This document shows positions 39,756 to 49,564 of a stretch of 64,000 nt of DNA, in pieces. Position numbers and translations under genes: made by a program. Source of the stretch: an uncultured Candidatus Rokubacteria bacterium. Lineage in GTDB: Bacteria; Methylomirabilota; Methylomirabilia; Rokubacteriales; CSP1-6. The notes under the pieces are model-generated. The model saw only the letters and a program-made list of their open reading frames with translations, was not told the origin of the DNA and ran no database searches. The stretch is taken from assembly GCA_963841755.1 (NCBI GenBank), contig CAWJDX010000011.1:412604-476603 (forward strand), read 5' to 3'. The stretch's first letter is position 1, and each line of letters opens with the position of its first letter.

Positions 39756-39773
39756 ATGGTGGAGGGTAAGGGA
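39756..39773 (+). repeat. Right direct repeat (attR-like), which is the 3' terminal 17 nt of tRNA-Ala plus 1 nt.
   Basis: It is identical to 28609..28626. Confidence 0.6.
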
Positions 39774-39832
39774 TTCGAACCCTCGACCTCGGCGTTGCGA
39801 ACGCCGCGCTCTCCCAACTGAGCTAACCCCCC
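39757..39832 (-). tRNA. tRNA-Ala (anticodon CGC), with an encoded CCA.
   Basis: The minus strand reads GGGGGGTTAGCTCAGTTGGGAGAGCGCGGCGTTCGCAACGCCGAGGTCGAGGGTTCGAATCCCTTACCCTCCACCA. The cloverleaf folds, the anticodon loop is TTCGCAA, and the G3:U70 alanine identity pair is present. Confidence 0.9.
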
Positions 39833-39896
39833 GTCGGATCGGCCCATTGTACTCGGCCGCGCTCCGGCCGACAAGCCAAAGACGCGCCCGGACGGC

Positions 39897-40709
39897 TCAG
39901 CTCTTGGGCGGCGGGTTGTCCCCGAACGCGCGCAGGAGCGGGGTGAAGAGGTCGAGCGGCAGGGGGAAGAAGGTCGTGGTGTTTCGCTCGGAGGCGACCT
40001 CGCGCATGGTCTGGAGGTAACGGAGCTGCACCGCGATCGGGAACCGCATGAGCACCTCGGCGGCCTCGCCCAGCTTGGCCGCGGCCTGGAACTCGCCCTC
40101 CGCGTTGATCACCTTGGCGCGCCGCTCGCGCTCGGCCTCGGCCTGCTTGGACATCGCGCGCTGCATGTCCTGGGGCAGGTCCACGTTCTTCACCTCGACC
40201 GCGGCCACCTTCACGCCCCACGGGCTCGTGTGCTGGTCGATGATCCGGGTCAGCTCCTCGTTGATCTTCTCGCGGCTCGCCAGGAGGTCGTCCATCTCCT
40301 GCTGGCCGAGCACGCTCCGGAGCGTGGTCTGGGCCATCTGGGAGGTCGCGTAGAGGTAGTCCTCCACGCTGATCACCGCCTTGGCCGCGTCGAGCACGCG
40401 GAAGAAGATCACCGCGTTGACCTTCACCGAGACGTTGTCGCGGGTGATCACGTCCTGCGGCGGCACGTCCATCGTGATCGTCCGCAGGCTCACCTTGACC
40501 ATCTTGTCGATGAACGGGATCAGGAGCACGAGCCCCGGTCCCGACCCCTCTCCTCCCGGATTGAAGATGGCGTTGGTCCGCCGGCCGAATCGGAAGATGA
40601 CCGCGCGCTCGTACTCGCGCAGGATCCGGAACGAGGAGAAGAAGATGTAGAGCAGGATCACCACCACCGGGATGATGCCGAAGAGGAGCTGGACGCCTTC
40701 CATGGGCAA
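39897..40709 (-). CDS. SPFH/band-7 (stomatin-like) protein.
   Basis: Intact 270-aa ORF with an N-terminal transmembrane helix and an SPFH core (...[16 protein letters not shown]...). Confidence 0.85.
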   Translation of the reverse strand: MPMEGVQLLFGIIPVVVILLYIFFSSFRILREYERAVIFRFGRRTNAIFNPGGEGSGPGLVLLIPFIDKMVKVSLRTITMDVPPQDVITRDNVSVKVNAVIFFRVLDAAKAVISVEDYLYATSQMAQTTLRSVLGQQEMDDLLASREKINEELTRIIDQHTSPWGVKVAAVEVKNVDLPQDMQRAMSKQAEAERERRAKVINAEGEFQAAAKLGEAAEVLMRFPIAVQLRYLQTMREVASERNTTTFFPLPLDLFTPLLRAFGDNPPPKS

Positions 40710-40722
40710 TCTCCTGGGGTCC

Positions 40723-42042
40723 TTAGGGTCGTCGAGGGGAGCGCGTGACGGTGAGGGTGAGCCCGTCGATGGCGGTGACCTGGACCGGCTCGCCCGCGGG
40801 CACGCCCGGGTCCGGGCTGACCGCGCGCCAGAGCTCGCCGTCGATGAGCACCTGCCCGTCCGGCTGGAGCGCGGTCCGGGTCACGCCGAGGCGGCCGACC
40901 ATCGCGGACGAGCCGGTCACCGAGGGCCGGTAGAGGGCGCGGATGCCCATGGTCACCGCGAAGAACACGAGGGCCGCGGTGGTGCCCACGGTGGGGACGA
41001 TGACGAACCACGAGAGACGGATGCCGGTGACGTCCGGGGAGTCGTAGAGCATGATCGAGCCGAGCAGCATCGCGATCACCCCGCCGATCGTGAGGACGCC
41101 GTGACTCACCACCTTGATCTCCACGATCAGCAGCACCACCCCGAACAGGAGCAGGAGCAGGCCCGCCCAGTTGACCGGCAGGCTCTGGAAGGCGAAGAAG
41201 GCCAGGATCAGGCAGATGCCGCCGATGATTCCCGGCAGGATGGAGCCCGGGTTCGAGAGCTCGAAGAAGATGCCGAGCATGCCGGCCATCATCAGGAGGT
41301 AGGCGATGTTCGGGTCCGAGATGAGGGCCAGGAAGCGGTCGCGGAAGCGCACCTCGATGACCTTCACCGGCGCGTCCCGGGTGGCGAGGGTCACCGGGCC
41401 CTTCGAGGTCTTCACGGTGCGGCCGTCGATCTTGGCGAGGAGGTCCGGCACGCTCTCGGCCACCAGGTCGACCACCTTGAGCTTCACCGCCTCCCGCTCG
41501 GTGGCCGAGACCGAGGAGCGCACCGCCTTCTCGGCCCACTCCGCGTTGCGCCCGCGCTCGGTCGCGATGGTGCGGGCGAAGGCGGCCGCGTCGTTCTCCA
41601 CCTTCTTGCTCATCTCCTTGTCCATGCTCCCGCCCACCGCCACCGGATGCGCGGCGCCGATGTTGGTGGCCGGCGCCATCGCGGCCACGTGGGCCGCCAT
41701 CGTGATGAAGACGCCCGCGGAGGCGGCGCGGGCGCCGGTGGGCGCCACGTAGACGATGACCGGGATGGGCGAGCCCAGGATGGTCTGCACCATCGAGCGC
41801 ATCGAGCGCTCGAGCCCGCCCGGGGTGTTGAGCTGCACGATCAGGGCCTGGGCCCCCTCGCTCTGCGCGCGATCGAGCGCGGTGGTGAGCAGGCGGACCG
41901 TCACCGGGGTGATGGCGGAGTCCATCTCGATGGAGGCGACCGGCGCCGCGGCCCGGACGGTGGCGGCGGTGGAAAGGAGCGTGGCGAGGCCGAGCAGGAC
42001 GACGAGCGGGCCGCGAAGGCGCCGACAGTTCGCCGATGTCAC
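40723..42042 (-). CDS. NfeD-family membrane-bound serine protease, the partner of the stomatin.
   Basis: Intact 439-aa ORF with a signal peptide, a ClpP-class protease domain, a transmembrane segment and a C-terminal OB-like domain. This is the classic nfeD-stomatin operon. Confidence 0.8.
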   Translation of the reverse strand: MTSANCRRLRGPLVVLLGLATLLSTAATVRAAAPVASIEMDSAITPVTVRLLTTALDRAQSEGAQALIVQLNTPGGLERSMRSMVQTILGSPIPVIVYVAPTGARAASAGVFITMAAHVAAMAPATNIGAAHPVAVGGSMDKEMSKKVENDAAAFARTIATERGRNAEWAEKAVRSSVSATEREAVKLKVVDLVAESVPDLLAKIDGRTVKTSKGPVTLATRDAPVKVIEVRFRDRFLALISDPNIAYLLMMAGMLGIFFELSNPGSILPGIIGGICLILAFFAFQSLPVNWAGLLLLLFGVVLLIVEIKVVSHGVLTIGGVIAMLLGSIMLYDSPDVTGIRLSWFVIVPTVGTTAALVFFAVTMGIRALYRPSVTGSSAMVGRLGVTRTALQPDGQVLIDGELWRAVSPDPGVPAGEPVQVTAIDGLTLTVTRSPRRP

Positions 42043-42083
42043 GGCGTCATCTTAGCACCGGCGCGGGCCTTCCCGCCGCCGCT

Positions 42084-43025
42084 CTACCGGCCGAGGGCCA
42101 CCACCGAGAGCAGCTCGAAGAGCAGGTTCGCGGCGAGGACGCCGGTGATGGCGCCCGGCCCGTCGTAGGGCGGCGAGACCTCGACGATGTCGCCGCCGGC
42201 CAGCTCGAGCCCGCGCAGGCCTCGCACCAGGCTCAGGGCCTCGTACGAGGTGAGGCCGCCCGCCTCGGGCGTGCCGGTGCCGGGGGCGTACGCGGGATCC
42301 GCCGCGTCGACGTCGAACGAGCAGTAGACCGGCCCGCCGGCCAGGCGGCGCAGGCGCTCCACCACCGGGGCCACGCCTCCCTCCTTCACGTCCTCGATGC
42401 GGATCACCTCGAAGCCGTGCTCGCGGTGGAAGTCGAAGTCCTCGGGCCCGTAGAGCGGCCCGCGGATCCCCACCTGGATCGAGCGCCGGCCGTCGATCAG
42501 CCCCTCCTCCATCGCGCGGCGGAACGTACTGCCGTGGTAGTAGGGCAGCCCGAAGTAGCGGTCCCAGGTGTCGGGGTGCGCGTCGAAGTGCACGAGCCCG
42601 AGCCGCCCGTGGCGCTTCGCGAGCGCGCGCAGCACCGCCAGGGTCACGGTGTGGTCGCCGCCCACGCAGAGCGGCACCGCGCGCGCCTCCACCACCGGGG
42701 CCAGCGTCCGCTCGATGGCCGCGAAGGTGTGCTCGATCGAGACCGGCACCACGTCGACGTCGCCGCAGTCGGCGACCCGCAGCCGCTCGAAGGGGTGCAC
42801 CCGCAGCGCCGAGTTCCACGGCCGGATCAGGGAGGACTGCTCGCGCACGTGACGCGGCCCCATCCGCGCGCCGGAGCGATAGGAGCAGCCGCCGTCGAAC
42901 GGGATGCCGCACAGGGCCACGTCGAGCCCGGCGGGCGACTCCACGTGGGGCAGCCGCATGAACGTCGCCGGCTGCGCGAAGCGGGGCGACGCGAAGCCGT
43001 CGCGGGGCCGGGGCCAGTCGCTCAC
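42084..43025 (-). CDS. speB: Agmatinase / arginase-family ureohydrolase.
   Basis: Intact 313-aa ORF with the manganese-binding motifs GGDH, DAHPD and SFDVDAADP. Confidence 0.8.
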   Translation of the reverse strand: MSDWPRPRDGFASPRFAQPATFMRLPHVESPAGLDVALCGIPFDGGCSYRSGARMGPRHVREQSSLIRPWNSALRVHPFERLRVADCGDVDVVPVSIEHTFAAIERTLAPVVEARAVPLCVGGDHTVTLAVLRALAKRHGRLGLVHFDAHPDTWDRYFGLPYYHGSTFRRAMEEGLIDGRRSIQVGIRGPLYGPEDFDFHREHGFEVIRIEDVKEGGVAPVVERLRRLAGGPVYCSFDVDAADPAYAPGTGTPEAGGLTSYEALSLVRGLRGLELAGGDIVEVSPPYDGPGAITGVLAANLLFELLSVVALGR

Positions 43026-43047
43026 GATGGCCTCCAGGAGGCCGCGG

Positions 43048-44265
43048 CTAGAGCTCGCCGCGCAGCGAGGCCACCGCGTCCGCCAGCCGCTGCACGTCTC
43101 CGGGCGTGCTGTAGACCGAGAAGCTCGCCCGCAGCGTGCCCGCGATGCCGAGGCACTTCATGAGCGGCTGGGCGCAGTGGTGTCCCGCGCGCACCGCGAT
43201 GCCGTGCTGGTCGAGGAGCGCGGCGCCGTCGTGGGGGTGAATGCCGTCGACGTTGAACGCCACCACCGCGCCCTTCATCTCCGGGTTCGCGGGCCCGTAG
43301 AGCGAGACGCCGGGAATGCGGGCCAGCGCCTCCATGGTCGCCGCGGTCAGCGCCTGCTCGTGGGCGCTCACCTGCCCCATGCCGAGCTTGCCCAGGTACT
43401 CGACCGCGGCGTGGAGGCCGACCGCGCCCGCGATCGGGGGCGTGCCCGGCTCGAAGCGCCACGGCAGGTCGTTCCACTGGGCGTGGTCGATCCAGACCTC
43501 CTTGATCATCTCGCCCCCGCCCCAGGCGGGCTCGAGGCGCTCGAGAACTTCGCGGCGCCCGTGGAGCACTCCGATGCCGGTCGGGCCGAGCATCTTGTGG
43601 CCGGAGAACGCATAGAAGTCCGCGCCAATGGCGGTCACGTCGACCGGCAGGTGCGGCACCGCCTGCGCGCCGTCGAGCAGCACCAGCGCGCCGACCCGGT
43701 GCGCCTGCTCGACCATCTGCGCCACCGGGTTGATGGTGCCGAGCACGTTGGAGACGTGGGCCAGGGCCACCACCCGGGTGCGCGGCGAGAGGAGCCGCGC
43801 GTAGGCCTCGAGGTCGAGGTAGCCCTCGGCCAGCACCGGAACCGCCCGCAGCACCGTGCCGCGGTCGCGGCACACCATCTGCCACGGGATCAGGTTCGAG
43901 TGATGCTCGAGCTCGCTCACCACGATCTCGTCGCCGGGAGCCAGGGTGCGCCCCACCGCCTGGGCCACGAGGTTGATCGACTCGGTGGTCCCGCGGGTGA
44001 AGATGACCTCCTCGCGGCCGCGCGCTCCGATGAAGGCGCGCACCGCGTCGCGCGCGCCCTCGTAGCGCTCGGTGGCTTCCTCGCCGAGGGTGTGGATCGA
44101 GCGGTGCACGTTGGCGTGGCTGGTCTCGTAGTAGCGCTGGATCGCCTCGATCACCGCGCTCGGCTTCTGGCTCGACGCGGCCGAGTCCAGATAGACGAGC
44201 GGGTGCCCGTTGACGATCCGCGAGAGGATGGGGAAGTCGCGCCGGCAGCGCTCGCCCAGGTTCAT
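43048..44265 (-). CDS. sufS: Cysteine desulfurase (SufS-type, class V aminotransferase).
   Basis: Intact 405-aa ORF with the PLP lysine (SGHKMLGPTG) and the active-site cysteine region (RAGHHCAQPL). Confidence 0.85.
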   Translation of the reverse strand: MNLGERCRRDFPILSRIVNGHPLVYLDSAASSQKPSAVIEAIQRYYETSHANVHRSIHTLGEEATERYEGARDAVRAFIGARGREEVIFTRGTTESINLVAQAVGRTLAPGDEIVVSELEHHSNLIPWQMVCRDRGTVLRAVPVLAEGYLDLEAYARLLSPRTRVVALAHVSNVLGTINPVAQMVEQAHRVGALVLLDGAQAVPHLPVDVTAIGADFYAFSGHKMLGPTGIGVLHGRREVLERLEPAWGGGEMIKEVWIDHAQWNDLPWRFEPGTPPIAGAVGLHAAVEYLGKLGMGQVSAHEQALTAATMEALARIPGVSLYGPANPEMKGAVVAFNVDGIHPHDGAALLDQHGIAVRAGHHCAQPLMKCLGIAGTLRASFSVYSTPGDVQRLADAVASLRGEL

Positions 44266-44269
44266 GGGG

Positions 44270-44659
44270 TCACCTCCCAGACTCGTGGGGTCCCTCGTTG
44301 GTGAGCGCGCCCTGCAGCACGGTGAGGGGCAGGGCCACGCACTTCATCCGGGACGGGCGGATATCGGAGTCGAGCCGCTCGAGGATGCTCTCGATCGTCA
44401 ACGCGCGGACCGTCGACGCAGGCTGGCCCGTCGCCATCTCCAGCAGCACGTCCGCGGACGCGGCCGAGATGGCGCAGCAATCGCCGGTCCACCGCCCCTC
44501 GACGAGCCGCCCGTCGGCGAGGTTCGCCTGGATGCGCACGCGGTCTCCGCAGAGCGGGTTCACGTCCTCTCCCGAGACGTCCGGCCGCTCGAGCGTGCCG
44601 CGGTACCGCGGCCGGCGGAACCGGTCGCGGATGACGTTGCTGTAGAGCGCCACGGTCAC
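44270..44659 (-). CDS. sufU: SufU/IscU-like sulfur-acceptor scaffold.
   Basis: 129 aa from the GTG at 44657-44659: ...NPLCGDRVRI...GDCCAISAASADVL...MKCVALPL. The start overlaps the upstream stop (GTGA). Confidence 0.8.
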   Translation of the reverse strand: MTVALYSNVIRDRFRRPRYRGTLERPDVSGEDVNPLCGDRVRIQANLADGRLVEGRWTGDCCAISAASADVLLEMATGQPASTVRALTIESILERLDSDIRPSRMKCVALPLTVLQGALTNEGPHESGR

Positions 44660-45708
44660 TCCGACAGCTCCCCGCGCGCGCCGCTCTTGCGGTAGGGCGG
44701 GAAGCGGTAGGCGCTGTCGCGCGACAGGAGGCCCCCGTGGCCGAGCGCGGCCAGCTCGGTCGCGCCGTCCGGCTCGCCGGCCAGGACGCGGGGCAGGACC
44801 AGATCGAAGGTGGTGGCCTGCGAGAACATCCCGCAGGCGGGCATGCCCAGCACCGGATGGCCGCGCAGGTCCGCGATCCAGAGCAGGCTGCCGGGATGGG
44901 CGGGCGCCCCGTGGCGGATCATCCGCCCGCCGAGGCGCTCGAGACCGGCGAAGACCGGATCGAGCGGATCGAGCGATCCGGCGCCCGCCGCGATCAGGAT
45001 CTGAGCCCCCGCGGCGAGCAGGCTCTCCATCTCGGCCGCGACCGCCCCCGCGTCGCCCGGCGTATAGCGCACCGGCAGGAGGCGCGATCCGAACCAGTCC
45101 ACCTTCTCGGTCAGCGAGGACTCGAACCGCTGGCGCTGGGGCGGGGCCAGGGTCTCTCGGCTCAGCGCCCCCAGGACGTGCGGGCGGAAGGTCTTCACCG
45201 CGACGAGGCCGCCCGCGCTCCACGCCCGCGACTCGGCGTCCTTCACGAGCCGCTCCGGGATCGCGAGCGGGGTGATCTTGGCTCGCGCGACCACCTCACC
45301 CGCCTCCACCGGCTGGAGATCGTAGAGGGTGAACACCGACATGCCCTCGAGCGCGTTCACCGCCGCGAGCGCGGCCACGTTCACCCGGACGAGGCCTCGG
45401 CGCTGGCCCGCGAGCGTCCACTGTCCGCCCGAGTAGCCCTTCACCTCGACCTGGTCGCCGCACGCCGCGGCGGCCAGCCGAGACCCGGCCGGCTCCTCGT
45501 GCACGTCGCCGGGGTCCAGCTCGAGCAGGTGCACCTCTCCGTCCCGCCACGGGAGCGCGAGCAGCTGGGCCGCCGCGGCCGCGTCGAGGGTCTGTCCCTT
45601 GGAGATCGCGATCCGTCCCGCTTCGTCCCGCACGTCGTGGCAGGCGATTCGCCCTTCGAGCGCGGCGGCGGCCGGCGAGGCCTCCTTCCGGATCGCAATG
45701 GCTCTCAT
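44656..45708 (-). CDS. MoeA-like molybdopterin-binding protein (MoCF-biosynthesis domain). Its exact function is unclear.
   Basis: 350-aa ORF. The C-terminal half resembles the MogA/MoeA fold (LIAAGAGSLDPLDPV...GMPACGMFSQATTFDLVLPRVLAGE). Confidence 0.6.
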   Translation of the reverse strand: MRAIAIRKEASPAAAALEGRIACHDVRDEAGRIAISKGQTLDAAAAAQLLALPWRDGEVHLLELDPGDVHEEPAGSRLAAAACGDQVEVKGYSGGQWTLAGQRRGLVRVNVAALAAVNALEGMSVFTLYDLQPVEAGEVVARAKITPLAIPERLVKDAESRAWSAGGLVAVKTFRPHVLGALSRETLAPPQRQRFESSLTEKVDWFGSRLLPVRYTPGDAGAVAAEMESLLAAGAQILIAAGAGSLDPLDPVFAGLERLGGRMIRHGAPAHPGSLLWIADLRGHPVLGMPACGMFSQATTFDLVLPRVLAGEPDGATELAALGHGGLLSRDSAYRFPPYRKSGARGELSE

Positions 45709-45717
45709 GCGCGCGTC

Positions 45718-46808
45718 TTACTTGAGGCCCCGGCGGACCTTCTCGGAGATCGGCATCCCGGTCGCCTTGCGCTGGACCGCGAGGGCCTCGGCCAGGATGC
45801 TGAGGGCGATCTCGGACGCGGACTGGGCGCCCAGGTCGAGGCCGATCGGCACCCGTACCCGCGCGAGCGGTCCTCGCTCACCCCGTCTTCGCGCAGCAGG
45901 TTCAGGATGGCGGCTCCGCGCCGCGTGCTGCCGAGGAGCCCGACGTAGCCGACCGGCGTGCCGAGCGCGTGGCGCAGCACCGGCAGGTCGTACTTGTAGT
46001 CGTGCGCCACCAGCACCAGCGCGGTGGTCGGGATGAGCGGCACCTGCTGAATCAGCTCGGACGGCACGCCGATCCGGAGCGCGTCCACGTGGGGGAAGCG
46101 CTCCGGGGTCGCGAAGCGGGGCCGCCCGTCGATCACGACGGTGCGGAAGCCGAGCTCCTTGGCCATCACGGTCAGCGGCATCGCCACGTGGCTCGCTCCC
46201 ACCACCAGGAGGATGGCGGGCGGGGTGAAGACCTCCGCGAAGGCCCGCACGTTCTCGAGAAAGAGGGTGCGCGACTTGCCCGCCTCCAGCGCCTGCCGGG
46301 CCTCCGCCGCGAAGCGCTCGTCGAGGAACGGATCGCCCAGGCTGCCCTCGCGGTCGCCCCGATCGAGGATCAGGAGCTTGGCCCCGTCGTGGGGCGGGTC
46401 GAGGCGCGTGACGATCGCGGCGCGGCCCCCGGTCTCGGCGTGAGCCCGCGCCTTCTCGTGGAAGGCGAGCGTGGCGTCGTCGGCCCGGTCGAGATCCAGC
46501 GGCTCCACGAACACCTCGATGGTCCCGCCGCACGTGAGCCCGATCTCCCACGCCTCCTCGTCGCCCAGGTTCAGCTCGAGCAGCCGCGGGGCGTTCTTGT
46601 CCATCACGTCGGCCGACTCCTCGATGACCTGGGCGTCCACGCACCCGCCGATGGTCACCGAGCCGAGCACGCGGCCTCCCTCGCCCACCAGCATCTTGGC
46701 CCCTTCCTTCCGGGGCGTGGTGCCGCGGGTGTTGACGAGCGTGGCCACCGCCACCCTCGACTCGTTCTGCTTGAGCTGGTTCAGCTGATCGAAGAGCTCG
46801 TCGCCCAT
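45718..46808 (-). CDS. xdhC: XdhC/CoxI-family Moco-insertion/sulfuration chaperone. The frame is broken near 45855.
   Basis: ORF 45705..47084 from the internal ATG at 46806-46808 (MGDELFDQLNQLKQNESRVAVATLVNTRGTTPRKEGAKMLV...). The C-terminus (...RVRVPIGLDLGAQSASEIALSILAEALAVQRK...) is the end of ORF 45718..46644, in an adjacent frame. Confidence 0.75.
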
Positions 46809-46816
46809 GGTCTCGC

Positions 46817-47971
46817 TTACCTCAGGTTGAGATGCCCGGCGAGATCCCGGAGGCTCGCCAGATTGTGCGCCGCCGCGAAGTGGTCCACGAGCGGCAGCGC
46901 CGCGGCCATGCCGCGGGTCAGCGGCTCGTAGGACGGGTTGCCGAGCAGCGGATTGAGCCAGATGAGCCGCCCCGCCTTGCGCTTGATGGTGAGCATCTCG
47001 TTGGCCAGGATCTCGGGCTCGCCGGTGTCCCACCCGTCCGACAGCAGGAGCACGATCGTGTGCCGATTGACCAGGCTCCCCCACCGCGCGTTGAACTCCT
47101 GCAGCGATTCGCCGATGCGCGTGCCGCCGGAGAAGTCCCGCACCTCGGTCAGGCGGGCCAGGGCCGTGCGGTAAGACGCACCCTTGAGATGCTCGGTGAC
47201 CCGCGTCAGTCGCGTGGAGAACGTGAAGGTCTCCACCCGGCCGAAGACGTTCTGGAGCGCGTAGAGGAACTGGAGGAGGAAGCGGCTGTAGAGATCCATG
47301 GAGCCCGAGACGTCGCAGAGCAGGACCAGCCGGACCTTGCGCCTCCGGCGCTCGCGTCTCCGCAGCTCGATGATCTCGCCCTTCATCAGATTGGCCCGGA
47401 TGCTCCGACGCATATCGATGACGCCCCCGCGCCGGGTCGGCCGCTTGCGGCGGCTGATGCGCCGCGCGAGCCGCTTGGCGATCAGGATGGTGAGCCGCGC
47501 CACCTCGTCCAGATCCTCAACCGGGAAGGACGAAAAGTCCTGATCCAGAAGGATTTCCTTGTCGCTGACGCCGGGCACCTCGAGCGGCTCTCCGTCGTCG
47601 TCCCCCTCCTCCTCCCAGCCCTCCAGCGCGACCGAGAGCTTCTTCTGGGCCGCCTCGGCCCCGCTGTCGCCCGCGTGCTCCTCGGGGATGGCGGGCGTGG
47701 CGGGTCCGGTGAGCCCTTCGAGCTCCTGGCCCTCCCCGGCCTGGAACCGCCAGAAGGTCTCGAAGCAGCGGTCGAAGATCGGGAACTCCTCGTACCGGGC
47801 CACCAGCGTGGTGCGAAGGGCCAGGTACACGTCCTGGCGGTCGAGCAGATCCACCATGTCGAGGGCCCGCACCCCGTCCATCATTTCGCCGATGGTGAGC
47901 GGCATCCCCGAGGCGCGCAGCATGTGGCCGAAGCGCAGCACCGCGGTGGTGAGATCGCGAGGGCCGGCCAC
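46817..47971 (-). CDS. coxE: VWA-domain protein of the CoxE family.
   Basis: Intact 384-aa ORF with the MIDAS motif (LLCDVSGSM). Confidence 0.8.
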   Translation of the reverse strand: MAGPRDLTTAVLRFGHMLRASGMPLTIGEMMDGVRALDMVDLLDRQDVYLALRTTLVARYEEFPIFDRCFETFWRFQAGEGQELEGLTGPATPAIPEEHAGDSGAEAAQKKLSVALEGWEEEGDDDGEPLEVPGVSDKEILLDQDFSSFPVEDLDEVARLTILIAKRLARRISRRKRPTRRGGVIDMRRSIRANLMKGEIIELRRRERRRRKVRLVLLCDVSGSMDLYSRFLLQFLYALQNVFGRVETFTFSTRLTRVTEHLKGASYRTALARLTEVRDFSGGTRIGESLQEFNARWGSLVNRHTIVLLLSDGWDTGEPEILANEMLTIKRKAGRLIWLNPLLGNPSYEPLTRGMAAALPLVDHFAAAHNLASLRDLAGHLNLR

Positions 47972-47972
47972 G

Positions 47973-48863
47973 CTACCCCTCGGCGGCCACGAAGCGCTTG
48001 AGCCCGCTCGAGGTCAGCTCCCGCTTGAAGCGCTTGACGTCGTCGGCGTCCTTGAGCACGCAGCCGAGGGTCTCGAGGACCAGCTCCTCGTCGATGTGGT
48101 CGGCGTGGAGCGAGGCCAGGGCCTGGGCCCAGTCCAGGGTCTCGGCCACTCCCGGCACCTTGGCGAGCCGGATGCTGCGCAGGCTCTCCATGAAGCGCGA
48201 GATCTGCCGGGCCAGGGCCTCGTTGACGCCCGGCACCTTGCGCATCACGATCCGGACCTCCTTGTCGAAGCCGGGGAAGTCCACCCAGAGGTAGAGACAG
48301 CGGCGCCGGAGCGCGTCGGAGAGCTCGCGCACCCGGTTCGACGTCAGGATCACGTACGGCGGATGCGTCGCCTTGAGGGTCCCGATCTCGGGGATCGTCA
48401 CCTGGAACTCGGAGAGGACTTCCAGCAGGAACGCCTCGAATTCCTCGTCGGCCCGGTCGACCTCGTCGATCAGCAGCACCGGCGGCTTGCCGTCCTGGCT
48501 GATCGCCTGCAGCAGCGGCCGGCGGATCAGAAAGGGCTCGGAGAAGATCGTGGCCTCCTTCTCCCGCAGGCTGTGGGTGGTGGACTCCTCGAGCTTGATG
48601 TGCAGCAGCTGCTTGGGGTAGTTCCACTCGTAGAGGGCCTGGGCCGCGTCGAGCCCCTCGTAGCATTGCAGCCGGATCAGGTTGGCGTGGAGCATCCGCG
48701 ACATCACCTTCGCGATCTCGGTCTTGCCCACGCCCGCGTGCCCCTCGATGAGGAGCGGCTTCTTGAGGGTCATGGCCAGGTGGACCGACGTGGCGATGGC
48801 GGGATCCGTCACGTAGTCGGCGCTCTCCATCATCTGCTGGATCTTCTCGATCTCGGGTCTCAT
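47973..48863 (-). CDS. coxD: MoxR-type AAA+ ATPase of the CoxD family.
   Basis: Intact 296-aa ORF with Walker A (GHAGVGKTEIAK) and Walker B (LLIDEVDRA). Confidence 0.85.
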   Translation of the reverse strand: MRPEIEKIQQMMESADYVTDPAIATSVHLAMTLKKPLLIEGHAGVGKTEIAKVMSRMLHANLIRLQCYEGLDAAQALYEWNYPKQLLHIKLEESTTHSLREKEATIFSEPFLIRRPLLQAISQDGKPPVLLIDEVDRADEEFEAFLLEVLSEFQVTIPEIGTLKATHPPYVILTSNRVRELSDALRRRCLYLWVDFPGFDKEVRIVMRKVPGVNEALARQISRFMESLRSIRLAKVPGVAETLDWAQALASLHADHIDEELVLETLGCVLKDADDVKRFKRELTSSGLKRFVAAEG

Positions 48864-48875
48864 GGCCCTCTCAGT

Positions 48876-49479
48876 CTACACCGCGTGGTTGGGACGGGTT
48901 GGCAGGTCGAGTGCGCTCCGGATCTTCTCATAGTCGGCCGGGGTATCGACGTCCTGGGGCATGGGCAGGTCGAGGACCACCCATTCGACGCGGGCGGGCT
49001 CCCGGGCGATGACCGGACGCGCGCCCTGGTCACCCTGGAGCGCCAGGAGCTCGGCGAAGATGACGCGGTCGAAGAGCACCGGGTTGCCGGGCCCGTCCTG
49101 GTAGCGGGGCGCGACGATCGGTCGGCCGCTCGCGCGGTGGGCCGCCAGCAGCGCCGGGATGATCGTCGGGGCGAGCGCCGGCTGATCGCCCAGCGCGACC
49201 AGCACCGTGTCCACCGTGTCGGGCAGCGCGGCGATGCCGGCGCGCACCGAGCCCGCCTGCCCGGCCTCGGGGGTCGGATTCACCACGATCCGCACGTCGA
49301 GCCCGGCCAGCGCCGCCTCGATCGGGGCGGGCGCGGGCCCGGTGACGACCAGCACCGGGTCGAGCCCCGCGGCCCGGACTCCCTCGACCGCGTGGCGCAC
49401 GATCGGGTGCCCGCCCACCGGGAGCAGCAGCTTGGCCTGCCCCATCCGGCGCGCGAGGCCGGCGGCCAGCACCAGCGCC
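48876..49479 (-). CDS. mocA: MobA/MocA-like molybdenum cofactor nucleotidyltransferase. The start is uncertain.
   Basis: It is the C-terminal part of ORF 48876..50159 (...LAAGLARRMGQAKLLLPVGGHPIVRHAVE...LGDQPA...). The candidate start is a GTG just downstream of the coxM terminator. Confidence 0.65.
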
Positions 49480-49498
49480 GCGATCAGGGCCGATCCCC

Positions 49499-49531
49499 AA
49501 AGAAGAACCCCGCGGGCTGTGTCCCGCGGGG
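49499..49531 (-). terminator. Intrinsic terminator after coxM.
   Basis: A 9-bp GC stem (CCCCGCGGG / CCCGCGGGG) with a 6-nt loop, followed on the minus strand by UUCUUCUUU. Confidence 0.5.
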
Positions 49532-49564
49532 CTCGGGGGTCGATCGGTCGGCTCAACAGGAGGC

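Noticed and set aside
28609-39773. The 18-bp direct repeat considered as a chance match.
   Set aside because: The expected number of exact 18-mers in 64 kb is well below 1. One copy coincides exactly with the tRNA 3' end, and the enclosed DNA is compositionally and functionally distinct. The call was retained, but with moderate confidence because no integrase is present.
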